A stretch of 64,000 bases of DNA from Salpingoeca rosetta (taxonomy: Eukaryota > Protista > Choanoflagellata), in contig JAWQFM010000012.1 in assembly GCA_033442325.1 (NCBI GenBank), positions 1,634,459 to 1,698,458 of the forward strand, given 5' to 3'. The notes under the pieces were generated by a model. The model was not told the origin of the DNA. It made no database searches and saw only the letters and a program-made list of their open reading frames with translations. This document shows, one piece after another, positions 26,383 to 39,299 of the stretch (position 1 is the first letter of the stretch; every line of letters starts with the position of its first letter). The position numbers were made by a program, and so were the translations under genes.

Positions 26383-26644
26383 ATGGTGGTGCGAGGTGTG
26401 GGTGCTGTGGCCGCTGCTGCGGCGGCGGCGATGATGGCCGTGCTGGTGGTCATGGCATGCGTGCTGGACGTGCGAGAGCATGCGGCTCTTGCGTGTGGCA
26501 TGACAACGCACAACGTGATTGCCCAGCGCGCACGCCAGTGGTTCAAGGACACCAACGGCATTGATGCAGAGGACATGATTGCGCGCCACCTCGATGCGCT
26601 CCAGGTGAACAACACCGTGGCTGTTGTTGACCGTGTGCTGTTGG

Positions 26645-26693
<49 letters not shown>

Positions 26694-29600
26694 GATGGTG
26701 ATGTGTGATTTGTTGGTGTCTATACCGTGCGTTGCTGCTTCGTCTGTTTTAATCACACCACTCCCCCCCCCCCTCTTCTTGGGCGCTCGTTTTCATTTTG
26801 TGTAGGGTGGAAGCCCCTACCCCGATTATTTGTACACGTGCGGAACGGACCACAACGCTGGCGAGGTTCGCTCATGTCAGCAAGTTCACTGTGGTTGCAC
26901 ATGTTTTATCCACGCAACTAAACCGTGGCTCGACCCACATCTCTCATACACCCCCATCGTCCAACGCTCCGATCTCTGTCCGACCCTCTCATGTAATTTT
27001 CAACACAATACTACAACCATGCTTCTAACCAATTGCACAACCATGCTTCAAATGTTCCTCCCTTTGCACATCACATCACGCCACTACAACCCCTTCAGGA
27101 CGCTCACTGGTGAGATATTTTGGTGCACTGACACGTGTGCTGCCGTCCTCGCCCGGGAACTAAACATATAGACGCCTCGCTACTGTACACACCACGACAC
27201 CCTGCGAATGCACATCCCCGGCCTTCTGCATCCTCACCTCCCCCCCCCCTTCCTCTCCCAAACGCTCACGTGCACTTCCCCTCGCTCTCCCCCTCATTCA
27301 TCCACTCCTCCCACCATGCTTGTGCCCTTGTGATTGAACAGGCCTCCTTTCCAGGCAGCTGCAGCCAAATACATCCACGACAAGTTCCCGCGCCCGTGGA
27401 CCGCGGAGACGGAGAAGCTGGTGGTGTTTCTCCTGGGCGTGACCTCCCACTACATTGCCGACATCAACTGGCATGGCCTGGCGCAGGTCCCGCACGGCCA
27501 GGGCTTCCTGCGCACGATGGGCATGCAGAACTACAACTGCACTGGTGACCTGTGCGATATTGCTCACACGGAGGGCGACACAGGCGGCGAGTTTGTGGCG
27601 GCATACCAGCTCAACCTCACCTTTTTGCACGCCAACGACTGGTACGTTCCCGTGCAGGACCTCGTCAACATCTACAAGTATGCACCGGAGTTTGTCAACC
27701 GCACCGTCAACGCGTCCACCATTGCCCGCTGCTCTGCGCTGTTCAAGGTCGCCACCATCGCCATCGAGGACGCCGGTGCCCTCGCATATCCGGTGGAGGT
27801 GCAGCCCGCACCGTTCCTGCCCGAGCAGTACATGGACTTTACTGTTGGCGGGATGGACGATAACAGCGCATGGACCGCGTTCATGTGGAATCGCATGGTC
27901 AAGTGGGCCCTGCACGGCCCTCCCAACGGCTCCCTGCCACAACTCGCCACGCGCCCCGGTGAATATGGTGTTGCTGGTCGTGCTGATACTGGCGCTCGTG
28001 CCGATGGCGACGCAGACAATGGCGTGCCGTCTTATGATGGCGTGTACGGTGCTGGGGGCGTTGTCGTGGACAGCGAGACGCGCCGCAAGGTGCGCCCGTC
28101 TGCATCGTACGTTCGCCTCATTCGCGCGTTTGAAGATGTTGTTGACGAGCTGACCTCGGGGCCAGCCCCACCGCTGCAGCTTGTGCACACCTCGCGCGGC
28201 GTCCACGTGCGTCACCACCCGTCCCGCGTCACCGCAGCCCACCGCTCCCTGCTTCGCCAGCGGATGCGCGCGTTTGTCAGGGGGCGGGCACGGCGTCGCG
28301 GTGTCTCCGATCACATTGTGCAGTGGTTTGACCGCGTGCTCGCCAGCGCCCCAAAGCATGCGCCCATCGACACCACAACGCTTCCGCACCCGACACACGC
28401 CACCGACGCTGCTTTCACGTCCCTTCCGTCGTCATCTTCATCCTCATCATCGTCATCATCATCAACACCAACATTGACCTCACCACCAGCGACCGTCCCG
28501 GCGGCTGCTGTGACCACGGCGACAGCGGCAGCGGAGCAGCAGCCCAACGCGTATGTGGGCACAGCCATGTGCACGGGCGACGTGAACAACGACGGCATTG
28601 AGGATGTGGTGGTCGGTGCGCCCGGTGTCGGTGACCACGGCCGCCCCCAGATTGGCGCCGTGCTCGTGTACACACGCACGGGCAGCGGTGACCTGACGCT
28701 GCAGCACACCATCAACGGCACGGACGGGTATGCACGGTTTGGATCGGCGTGCGCTATTGGTGATGTGAACGGTGATGGATTGGCTGACCTCGTGGTTGGC
28801 GCGCCGTCCGCCGAAGGGAAGGACCTGAAGCAAGTGGCCGGCAACTACACGGGCCGCGTGCACGTGTTCCTTGCGCGCGCTGCCAAGACGATGCCGGCAG
28901 CCGAGCCGACAACGACCATCGCCACCGCAACGCGCTGGGCCAGCCTCGGCCTGGCGGTGGCGGTCGTGCCTGCATGCAACAGCAACGCCACCGACAGCAA
29001 TGCCACCGTGGCTGGCGGGCAGCTGCTTGTGGGCGCACCGTATCACGGCGCTGACGACGGCGACACACTCCACCGCGGGGCAGTGGGTGTGTTCCGGCCC
29101 CGCTCCAGCTGGCCACGGCACCTGGACCTGGAGCAGGACGCAGACCTCCTTGTGCACGGCAACTCCCCTTACGCCTGGTTTGGTCGCTCCATTGCCTGGG
29201 CGTGTGTTCCAAGCACAGCAACCGCCGACACCAGCAGCAGCAAGAGCAACAACAACAACAACAACAACAGCAGCAGCAGCAGCAACAGTGCGTGCCCGTT
29301 GTCGTCCTCGTCCTCGTCGTCAATGGCTGCGGTTGCACTCATTTCCAGCCCTGGTTACCACAACCCGGACATTGGGTCTGTTGGCCAGCTCGTTGCCATG
29401 GATCTGGCCACAGGTGCTGTGCGCTTCACGCTGGCGGGTACAGACGACCGCGCAAAGTTTGGCTGGGCTGCAGCAATTGTGTCCCCCAGTGGCCGTGGCA
29501 GTGGAGCTGGTTGCGGTGGTGCTGCTGGCAACGGCAAGACGCTGCTGCTCGTATCTGCGTCGAGCGCGGGAAAGAAGCTGGTGACCCTGAAGAACGCAGA

Positions 29601-29997
29601 CAAGGACATGGCGGGTGCTGTGATGACGTTTGACTTTGGCAGCCTTCATGGCGATCTCACCGTTGGCACGCGCACAGCCCCGCTGGCCACGCTGCACGGT
29701 GACGCCGACTTTGCTGGCCTGGGTTGGACGCTGCAGGCAGTGAACTCAACCCTTGCGCTCGTGGGTGCACCGTTCCACAGCCACGAGGCCGGTCGCGTGC
29801 TGGCTGTTGATCCCGCCACGCTCGCTGTCACCACCACATACACGGCGCACGCGGGCCAGAAACACAACTCGCGCTTTGGCGCGTCGCTTGCTGTTGTTGC
29901 TGATGGACCTGCCGGTGCTGGGGTGGCCTTTGCCAGCGCCCCGATCCACACCACCGATGCTGCCGAGCGTGTGGGCACCATTCACACACTGTTCTAA
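26383..29997 (+). CDS. GPLD1: GPI-specific phospholipase D (zinc-dependent phospholipase domain plus FG-GAP beta-propeller)
   Basis: Signal peptide followed by CGMTTH, GGSPYPD, EDAHWPPF (via an 11-nt micro-exon), SHYIADINWH, AHTEGDTGGEF and GGMDD. FG-GAP repeats include GDVNNDGIEDVVVGAP and GDVNGDGLADLVVGAP. Confidence 0.9.
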
Positions 29998-30885
29998 GCG
30001 CTTTTGCAGGCCCCTTTTGCTTTCTTTCTTGCTTGTGCCCCTGCCTTTGTCTCACCTACATTTGCAGCCCTCAACTTGCTGCTGCTTTTTGGTTACTTGC
30101 TTTCCCCTTCTTGTTTTGATCTGCTCCTTGTTGCTGGTCACCAACCCATTTATTTTTTTGTTTTATGTGCAAGGTTGGCGTTCCCGTGGCGATTGCTTTC
30201 TTCACACAGCTTTCCCACCTTGCTTGCTTGCAGGGCTCCTCTCTCTCTCTCTCCTTGCCGCTAATGACGCACTCGTCTTGTCGTGACAGCATACGCATGC
30301 ACACGACACACGCACACAAGACTGTATTTGTTGCTTGCTTTGCTTGTTCCCGCTGCTTGTTCTTGTTGCCTACCCGCTGCTTCTTCCTCACCTTTTGCTT
30401 CTTGCTTGCTTCGTGTTGTGCGCCAAACAAACCGACGCACGTCACCCTTAACAATGGATATTTTGTTGAAAATTTCCCAGAAGATTCGACCTTGTTCGCG
30501 TCCTCCTCACTCGTCGCATCGCCCTCCTTGGTTTTGCTGTTGTTGTTGTCTTCCACCCTCAGCACCACGACTTTGGAGTGTGCGTGTGCGGAGGCAGCTG
30601 AGACTCCTGTCACATCGGGGCGAAGACAACCAGAACGCGGGGCACACACGTGGGGTGCTTTCAGTTCGTGTCCCTTACTCTCTCTCTCCCTCCCTTACTC
30701 TCACGCACGTACACACACGCACACGCACACGAACACACCCAAACACCCACACAAACACACGTACGTTGACGGTTCCATTTTGGTGTGGGTGCGGTTCTGT
30801 CTGTGCGTGAGTTTGCAACAACCCCCTCTCCTCTCTTGCTTTTTGGTACTCTGGCCCGCTGGAGGCCGGAGCGTGGGCCTGGAGG

Positions 30886-31624
30886 ATGGGCACAGCGGCG
30901 TCTGCCGCGTCAGACAGAGGCCGGGCCAGTCGCGAAAGCTCCATGACCCCGCAGAGCGTGAACGGTCACGACCATTCCCGGCAGCACCATCAGCACGAGC
31001 AGCACAAAGGGACAAAAGGTGGTAGTGGCGGTGGTGGTGGTGGTGGTGACGATGGGCTTGGGGACACCTCTCTCCTCGACACATGGTCGAATTTTGACAG
31101 AGAGGCGCTGCGGCAAGCAGCTGCCTCGGAGGAAGCAGCCCAACTTCGGGAAGCGGTGGAGTCGCCACCACCAGCACAGCACGACGCAAAGGTTGACGGT
31201 GATGGCAGCAGGAGAAGCTGGCGCAAGCGATCCAAGAAGGATAAGAACAAGGGCAAGGCCAAGCAGAAGAAAAGCAAGGACAAGAAGAGCAAGAAGCAGC
31301 AGCAACGACGGGCGGACAGGAAAAGCACCAAGGACGCGGAGGCATGGCAGCACAGGTTTCAGCAGCTGTGTCTGAGCATTTTTCAAGAGGCCGACCTTGA
31401 CAACACGGGGTACCTGAGCGCGGGGCGCATGTGGGATGCGCTATCGTCGCAGACCACAAAGGTCAACATTAGTAAGCACACCGTCAACCGCCTGCGGACC
31501 CTGTCATCGCTGGAGGATGACGACATCATTCGCTATGAGGAGTACATCCCAACACTGTGTCGACTCGTCCAGCGGCACTCCACCAAGGACGCCGCAAACG
31601 ACTGGTTTCTGGTGCGTGCTTCTG

Positions 31625-31683
<59 letters not shown>

Positions 31684-31736
31684 ATGTGTGTTTCCATTCG
31701 TGTGTGCGTGTGTGTGTGTGTGTGCGTCTCTTTCTG

Positions 31737-31767
<31 letters not shown>

Positions 31768-32031
31768 TTCTGTCTGCCTGCCTGCCTGCATGCATGCGTC
31801 TGTGCTGTTGCCCGTGCATGTGTGCGTGAAACTGTGTGCAACAGCCTTGCTTACGTATTGAGCGTCATTGTTCAACACATCTTTTCGTTCTCTGTGGTAA
31901 ACGTTGTGCCATGCCAGATCACCAACGGAGGAACTGATGGTTCGGTACGTTAGCGCAAACGCACACACAGGGCAATGGCTCTTGTTTCGCTTGGCACGCG
32001 GCGTTTTATTGCGGCTTTCGCGTGCATGCGT

Positions 32032-32068
<37 letters not shown>

Positions 32069-32092
32069 CGGTGTGGGTGTGGGTGTGTGTGC

Positions 32093-32178
<86 letters not shown>

Positions 32179-35056
32179 GGTGTGACTGACTTGGCGCTTG
32201 CGTGTGTGCTCATCGTCTTGCACCTCCATGCACCTGTCTTGCTCCAGCCAATGTACATGAACAAGAGCACAGGTGAGATGCAGCAGGAGGTGCCAGAGGG
32301 GCTCGACGAGTCATCGCAGATGGAAACGGTGCGTGTGTGTGTGTGTGTCTGTGTGTCTGTGTGTCTGTGTGTGCACGCCGTTGTGTATGGACATGTCTTT
32401 GCATATTGGGAATTTGTCGCGACTACAGGTTTCCTCTCGCGCTTCCTCGTCCCTACTTGCCCATCCATGTTTGCCTCACATCCACGTGTCTTTGTCACCG
32501 CAGGTCACCTTTGAATACATTACACTCTCGGATGGGAGCGAGATCACAACGTACCAGACCGAGCAAGGCCGCGTGTACATGGACTGGGAGGCGCAGGTAT
32601 CCACAATTCGCGCCTTCATATATGTGTGCATGTACCTGATTGTGTACATTTGCATGAATACATGTCCGTGTCAAAGCCACTGCCACACGTCATACCCGTC
32701 TCCTTCTTACACAACACACACACACACACACACATGCACACACACACACACACATGCACCCCCGGGGGATGATAGGAATGGCGCCCGTTCCCACAAGAGT
32801 GGCTGGCGTATGTTGTGTCGTCAACATCAGACCCTGCAGGGGAGATTGCAAACGACCCGCGCTTTGGCGAATTCGACCACCCCACGCACGGACACATGTA
32901 CCTGTATCTGATGGAAAACACGCGAAACACGTATTTGTACATGGACCAGGAGAGTGGAGAGTGGCACCGAATTCCGCTCGTGTGGGAACGCTGCATCCCC
33001 GACGTCAAACGCCAACTCAACGAGCTGCAAAAGCTCTTCCCAGAGTGGTGCGGTGTGCATGTGTGTGTGTGCGTGTGTGTGTGTCTGTGTGTCTGTGTCT
33101 CTGTGTCTGTCTGTGTCTGTCTGTCTGTGTGTCTGTGTCTGTGTGTCTGTGCGGTTGCGATGTTGCCGTGGCCTTTCCCTGTCTTTTCCTGTTGTCTTGT
33201 GCCTGACACTGTTGGTGTGAATTCATACGCCCAACTTCCCTCCCTTCTCTCTCTGTCTCATACACCCTCACACGTGTCCGTTTGCGCGTTCCCTGCGCAC
33301 GACGCAGGACGAGCATCAACGAGCAGCTGCTTGTGCTGCGGGAGTGCAACTACGACCTCAACGAAGCGATTGCATTTGCGGACATCAACTGGAACTTCAC
33401 TGGCCGCTCAGACCTCTCACAGTTCTCCCCGGCCGAACTCATTCGCTCAGGCAGCATCGTTGCTTCCGCACGTGCGTTGTTGTTCTTGTTCTTGTTCTTG
33501 TTCTTGTTCTTGTTCTTGTTCTTGTTGTTCCTTGTGCTGTTGTTGTTCTTGTTCTTGTTCTTGTTCTCGTGCTTTGGAGAGCGACTCACACAACAGCGAC
33601 CACCCACTCACTTTGCCATCATCACCACCACCGCCAACCCGTGCAGGCCGCGGGGTGCGTGTGCGTGCGCGCGAGGGCGGCAGCAGCGCGTCGCTGTCTG
33701 CGGCGGCGGCGCGACGCATCGACGAGCTGGAGGCGATTGTTGCCGAGCAGCGGCATAAGCTGGAGCGGCTGCAGGCGGACAAGGTGGTGGAGGAGGACGT
33801 GGCTGTGCGGCAGCTGGTGCGCGAGAAAACGCGTGTGCAGACGGTGGCCGACCGACGCCAGCGCGAGGCGATGGAGGCGCAGGAGGAGCTGGGAGACCTG
33901 CAGTTGGAGTGCGAAAAGTGGCGCTCGCGCTCGCTCGACCTTGAGGAACAGGTGATCAAGTACAAGGCGGACCACAACACCATCGCCGCGCTGCGGGAGG
34001 AGGTGGCCGCGCTGAGGACCGGCAACGCAGACAAGGCGCTCAAGCTGAAGGACGCGGAGATTGACAGGCTGCGGGCGGAGAACGTGTCGCTTCGCTTGCG
34101 CACCCAGACGCTGCAGAGGCACATGGGCAGCCCGAGCAACTCGACCGAGACGGTTCGCGTGCTGACCAAGCTGCAGCACAAGGTGCAGCAGCTGAAGCGG
34201 GAGAAGGAGGAGACGGCGATTGAGCTGCAGGCCAGCGTTGCGTCGCTCACGCGCATGTTTGAGCTGACGGTTGCGCAATCGCGGCGCCTGCATCGCGACA
34301 TCCACACGCGTTTAGAGGCCGTGCGCGCCAAGTACCTCAAGGAGCAGATGGAACGCAAGCTGCTGTACAACAAAGTGCAGGAGCTGCGTGGAAACATCCG
34401 CGTGTTTCTGCGCGTGCGCAAGGACAACCGTGGCGACAGCATCTTCAAGTTCCCCAACGAGGGCGAGTGCATTGTGCGGAAGGTGGACGGCAGCAGCGTG
34501 CCGTTTGAGTTTGACCAGTGCTATGCGCCAGACACCACGCAAGAACGCGTCTTCAACGACACCAAGCCGGTGATCATGTCGTGCATCGACGGTTACAACG
34601 TCTGCATCATGGCATACGGCCAGACAGGTGTGCGTGTGTGTGCGAGTGTGTGCGTGTGTTGGTGTGTGTGTGTGTGTGTGTGTCTGTGTCTGCGTGTGTG
34701 CGTGAGTCTGTTTGTGTGTCTATGTGTCTGTGTCTATGTGTCTGTCTGCCTCTGTGTGTGTGTGCGTGTGTGTGTTTGCTGAGTGGCTGCCATTTGCGGT
34801 TGCCCTGCCTTCGTTCACCACTGTTGTCTCACCACCATGTCCCGCGCCGCCAACTGCCATCCACCGTGACAATGCATGGTCACCACTGCCAATGCCATCA
34901 GGCTCTGGCAAGACGTACACGATGATGGGCCCGCCATCGAATCCGGGCGTGAACCGGCGTGCTGTGCAGCAACTGTTTGAGCTCTGCCAGGCCAGGGAGG
35001 AGGTCGACTACTCAATCTCAGTCTCGCTCATGGAGGTGCCGTGCATTCCGTGGGTG

Positions 35057-35095
<39 letters not shown>

Positions 35096-36304
35096 CTGTC
35101 CGTCTGTCTGTCTGTCTGTCTGTCTTTGTGCGTGTGCAGGATTTGGGTGCATGGTGTGCTGTTCTTGCTTCAATCCATCCATCGTCGTCCACAATCTCTT
35201 GACGCCGCAGCTGCCGCCACCTCCAAAACAGCTCACATGCGCACACGTGTGCACCTTTCCCCCGTCGTCATCACCACTCCAAGGTGTACAACGAGAAGCT
35301 GTATGACCTGCTCACACCAACACGTGGTCAGAGCCTCAGCATCCACGCCAGCCCACAGGTAAACAGAATAAGGAGATGAACATGCATTTGAATGCTTGGA
35401 CAGCGTTCTTTGTATCCGTTTCGGACACTTGTTGCACCTCTTCGCGCCTTGCACCCATCCGCATGAGCACGATCACGGCACGTGCTCTCACATTGAACAC
35501 ACGCACACACGCACACACGCACACACACTCTCACTCACTCACGCACACACTCACTCACTCACTCACTCACGCACACACACACATATCACAAACATAACAC
35601 CCATCACACACGCATTATATACACACACACACAATCACACACACAATCACACACACAATCACACACCACGTCACATCACACTGCCGCCACGCCAGGGCAT
35701 TTACGTCGGCAATTTGACGGAGAAGGAGGTGAAGTCTCAGGGTGAGATTGAGAAGATTATGGCGATGGGTGACAAGAACCGATCGATGGCCGCGACGAAG
35801 ATGAACACAGACTCATCGCGCTCCCACCTCCTCCTTCAGCTGCGGGTGACTGGGTACAACACCATCTCCAACACCACCACCGTGGGAAAGCTGACGCTGG
35901 TTGATCTTGCCGGGTCTGAGCGCGTGTCCAAGACGGAGGCGAGTGGCGAGCGGTTGGTGGAGGCTGCAGCCATCAACAAGTCCCTGTCTGCGCTCGCGCA
36001 TGTGTTCAAGTCGCTGGCCACCAACTCTCCGCACGTGCCGTATCGCAACTCGAAGCTGACACACGTGCTGCAGGACTCGCTCGGCGGCGACTCGAAGACG
36101 TGTGTGTTCATCAACGTCAGCCCGCTCGAGCAGAACATACAGGAGACGCACTGCACGCTTTCGTTTGGTGAGGGCATCCGCAAGATTGAGCTTGGCCCCG
36201 CGACGAAGCACACGGGCCAGCGCAGCGGTGGCGTTGGGAGCGGGCTGCGGCCAAAGAAGAAACCGCCCCCAATACGAAGCAGAGGCTTCTCCACACGACG
36301 ATGA
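30886..36304 (+). CDS. Kinesin-14 (C-terminal motor) with N-terminal EF-hand pair, WW-like and CUE/UBA-like segments and coiled coil
   Basis: Neck [24 protein letters not shown]-loop [26 protein letters not shown] and [11 protein letters not shown]-terminal EF-like loops are DLDNTGYLS and [11 protein letters not shown]. Confidence 0.9.
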
Positions 36305-36662
36305 CGCAGCAATGTTGTGTGTGTGTGTGTGTGTGTGTTTGTTTGTCTGTCTGTCTGTCTGTCTGTGCCTATGTGTGTGTGTTTATTTTTGACCGCGTTT
36401 TGCTGATGGTTGACCACGATAGCTTTCTGTGTGATTGATGCGTAGCTGAATCCCGCCTCAGCCATAGCCTGGCCGTCCGTGATGTGTCTGTGTGTTGTGG
36501 CGTGATTCAAAACATGCTCTTGTGTACGTTGTTTGCGTTTGTTTTTGTTTGGTTTTTTGACTTGACCTTGGGGTGGGAAGATATCAGCTCTCTGTTCCAT
36601 TCCTTGCTTGTGCGTAGCTGCCTGACATGCCTGTGTGCCCTCTGTGGGAAGCTGGCTTCTCC

Positions 36663-36693
<31 letters not shown>

Positions 36694-37247
36694 TCTTGTC
36701 CTGTGTTCTCGTGCCTGTCATCCGTGCACTTGTTCCTGTGTCCTTGACATCATTCTGACACAATTACACAATTGACTACCTGAATCAAGCGGCGCAATGA
36801 TGTGTGTCCCAAGCGTTCCTGTGGACTGTTGCGCAAACAAAAGCAAGCTCCTATTTCATCCTCCCTCCTCAGCCTTTTTTTTTTTTTTTGGACCAAGAAA
36901 CGATCATGTCACATCATGTCACATAACGGCGCTCATCACAAACATTGCAGCTACTGCCATGTGTTCATTGATGTAATTCAAACCAGTTCGCTCCCACATG
37001 GTCGAATGTGCTTTGTGAACATGGCCACAATGTTTCACTCGTGAACGATCAACGCCCAAGAAGGTGAACCAGTTTACTTGCTGTGACATCATCTCTTACA
37101 ACATGGCTATGCTTTTGGGACTATGTAGTTTAAAATGTACACAACCAACCAGCTCCAGTAAATTTTAACACGACCCATCCGCCTATAGGTCAATTCCTCG
37201 TTGTCGATTCGCTTATTCTACACCTTTTCCAGCGCCACCCCTCCCCC

Positions 37248-37577
37248 CTACCGTGGTCGCCTGCCCCATCGGTACACCCAGTCTGACGACCACCGCTGGT
37301 GTCTAGTCGAGCCATCTCCGCTCGGGTGCACAGCACTGCCGCGCTGTTGCCGTCTATGCCGTGGAAACACGCCCCCAGCCTGTTGCCTGCAGGCAATGCG
37401 AAGGCGCTCCTCTGCCTGGCCAGCGACCACCTAGATGGGAGGAAGGATGGCAAGACAAATGGGAAGCAAGGGGGGGGGGGAGGTTGGACTTGGGTATCGG
37501 ACAAGCACGTGTGTTGGTGTGGTTGCGTCCCTCTGCGTCTTTTCTTATCCTTTTTTCCCCATTTGTACCGTGTGTGT

Positions 37578-37634
<57 letters not shown>

Positions 37635-37908
37635 GCTGAGCCACAACCTCTCCTAATGCCCAGTACCTGCTCATCAAGATGTTGTTGGATGTGTTGGCGC
37701 GCGCGCTCTCCCTTTCGTTTTGCTTCTTCTGGGTTGGAAAACACGTGGCGAAGGAGCTTACGCAGGGCAGTCACGCTCACGTGTGCCCATCTGTTGTTGT
37801 CGGTGCGGCGTGTCGCGTTGCGTTGGGTTGGAAGGAGGAAGCGGAACCAGAGCAACACAAGCCGTGAGCGCATGAGTATGCTGAGCAGAGTGAACAGGTC
37901 CCGCCACA

Positions 37909-37985
<77 letters not shown>

Positions 37986-39219
37986 AGATAGTCATGTGTG
38001 CGTACTGTGCGTCGTGTGCGCCGCCCGGGATTTGCGCTGGCTCCAGCGACGGTACAGGGAGTGGATATGCCGTGTCCTCCTAAAACGGGCGGATGGTATA
38101 GTGTTGTTGTTGGTGGTGGTGTTGGTGTGCGTGTGTGCGTGTGTGTGCGTGCGTGGGCTATGACGACGAGCGTATCGAGAGAGGGTGATGAGATTGCGTC
38201 GGGTAGCAGGAGAGACGTACGGTGATGAACTGCGTTGGGCCGGACCAGTTGGTGGCAATCACAGGCAGGGAAAGCGCCATCGCTGGGAAGGGAGCAAATC
38301 GCAGCGTTGGGCAATGAGTGCGAGATGACCAAGCGCACAGCCACACAGACAGGCACAGGCCAACACACAGGCACGGGGCACAGTGGGACACAGCCACACA
38401 CAGATAGACAGGCACAGTGGCACACAGCCACACACAGATAGACAGGCACAGTGGCACACAGCCACACACAGACACAACTCACTCCCCTTTCACACATACA
38501 CGCACACCTTCGAAGACGGGCCTGCCCCAGCCTTCACCGTGGCTGGCGAGGACAAAGGCATCTGCGCCCACAAACATCTGCTGATACCGGCTGTCGTCCT
38601 GTCGCTGAAGCACACGCACGCGACCATCAGCCCTTCCAACCTCTGTCTCTGCCACCGCCGCAACGTTGATGTAGGCGGGTGGTGATGTGCGGAGAAACAG
38701 AGACACGTTCTCGTCCTCCCCAAACTCCTCAACAAACGCCCTGGAAGGAAGGTGGCATGCACGATTGATAAGACCGCGTTGAGCAGGGCAGGCTCAACAA
38801 GAGCAATCAAGGCAACAAACAAGCATACAGACAGGTACGCACGTAGGTAAGCCACAAAGCTCATGCACACACACACACACACACACACACCTGATGAGAG
38901 TTGTTGGTGCCTTTCGTTCCTCCCACTTGAAGACGGAGAGAAAGATGAACGAGTCCTGTACGTCAGCAGGATACACCTGCAGCACATCCATCACAAACGG
39001 ACCCATGAGTCCGGATGTCGCGAGGAGGAGTTGCAGGTCACGTGGCGTGGGTTGGATCGAGTCACACAGACAGGCGGGCAGACACAGGGAAACAGACAGG
39101 CAGAAACAGGTAAACAGGCAGGCAGAGACACAGACACACACATGGACACACAGACACAGACACACACATGGACACACACATGGACACACACATGGACACA
39201 CACACACACACACACACAT

Positions 39220-39250
<31 letters not shown>

Positions 39251-39252
39251 CA

Positions 39253-39299
<47 letters not shown>

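Noticed and set aside
27298-28398. 366-aa antisense ORF overlapping GPLD1, and similar ones opposite the kinesin and GT4 exons
   Set aside because: These are shadow ORFs caused by high GC3 codon bias, with no recognisable domains.
28560-29990. FG-GAP repeats suggesting an integrin alpha
   Set aside because: They follow a GPI-PLD catalytic domain, and there is no TM segment or GFFKR tail.
38340-38475. ~34-nt tandem repeat in a GT4 intron
   Set aside because: It is an ordinary minisatellite derived from AC-rich microsatellite.
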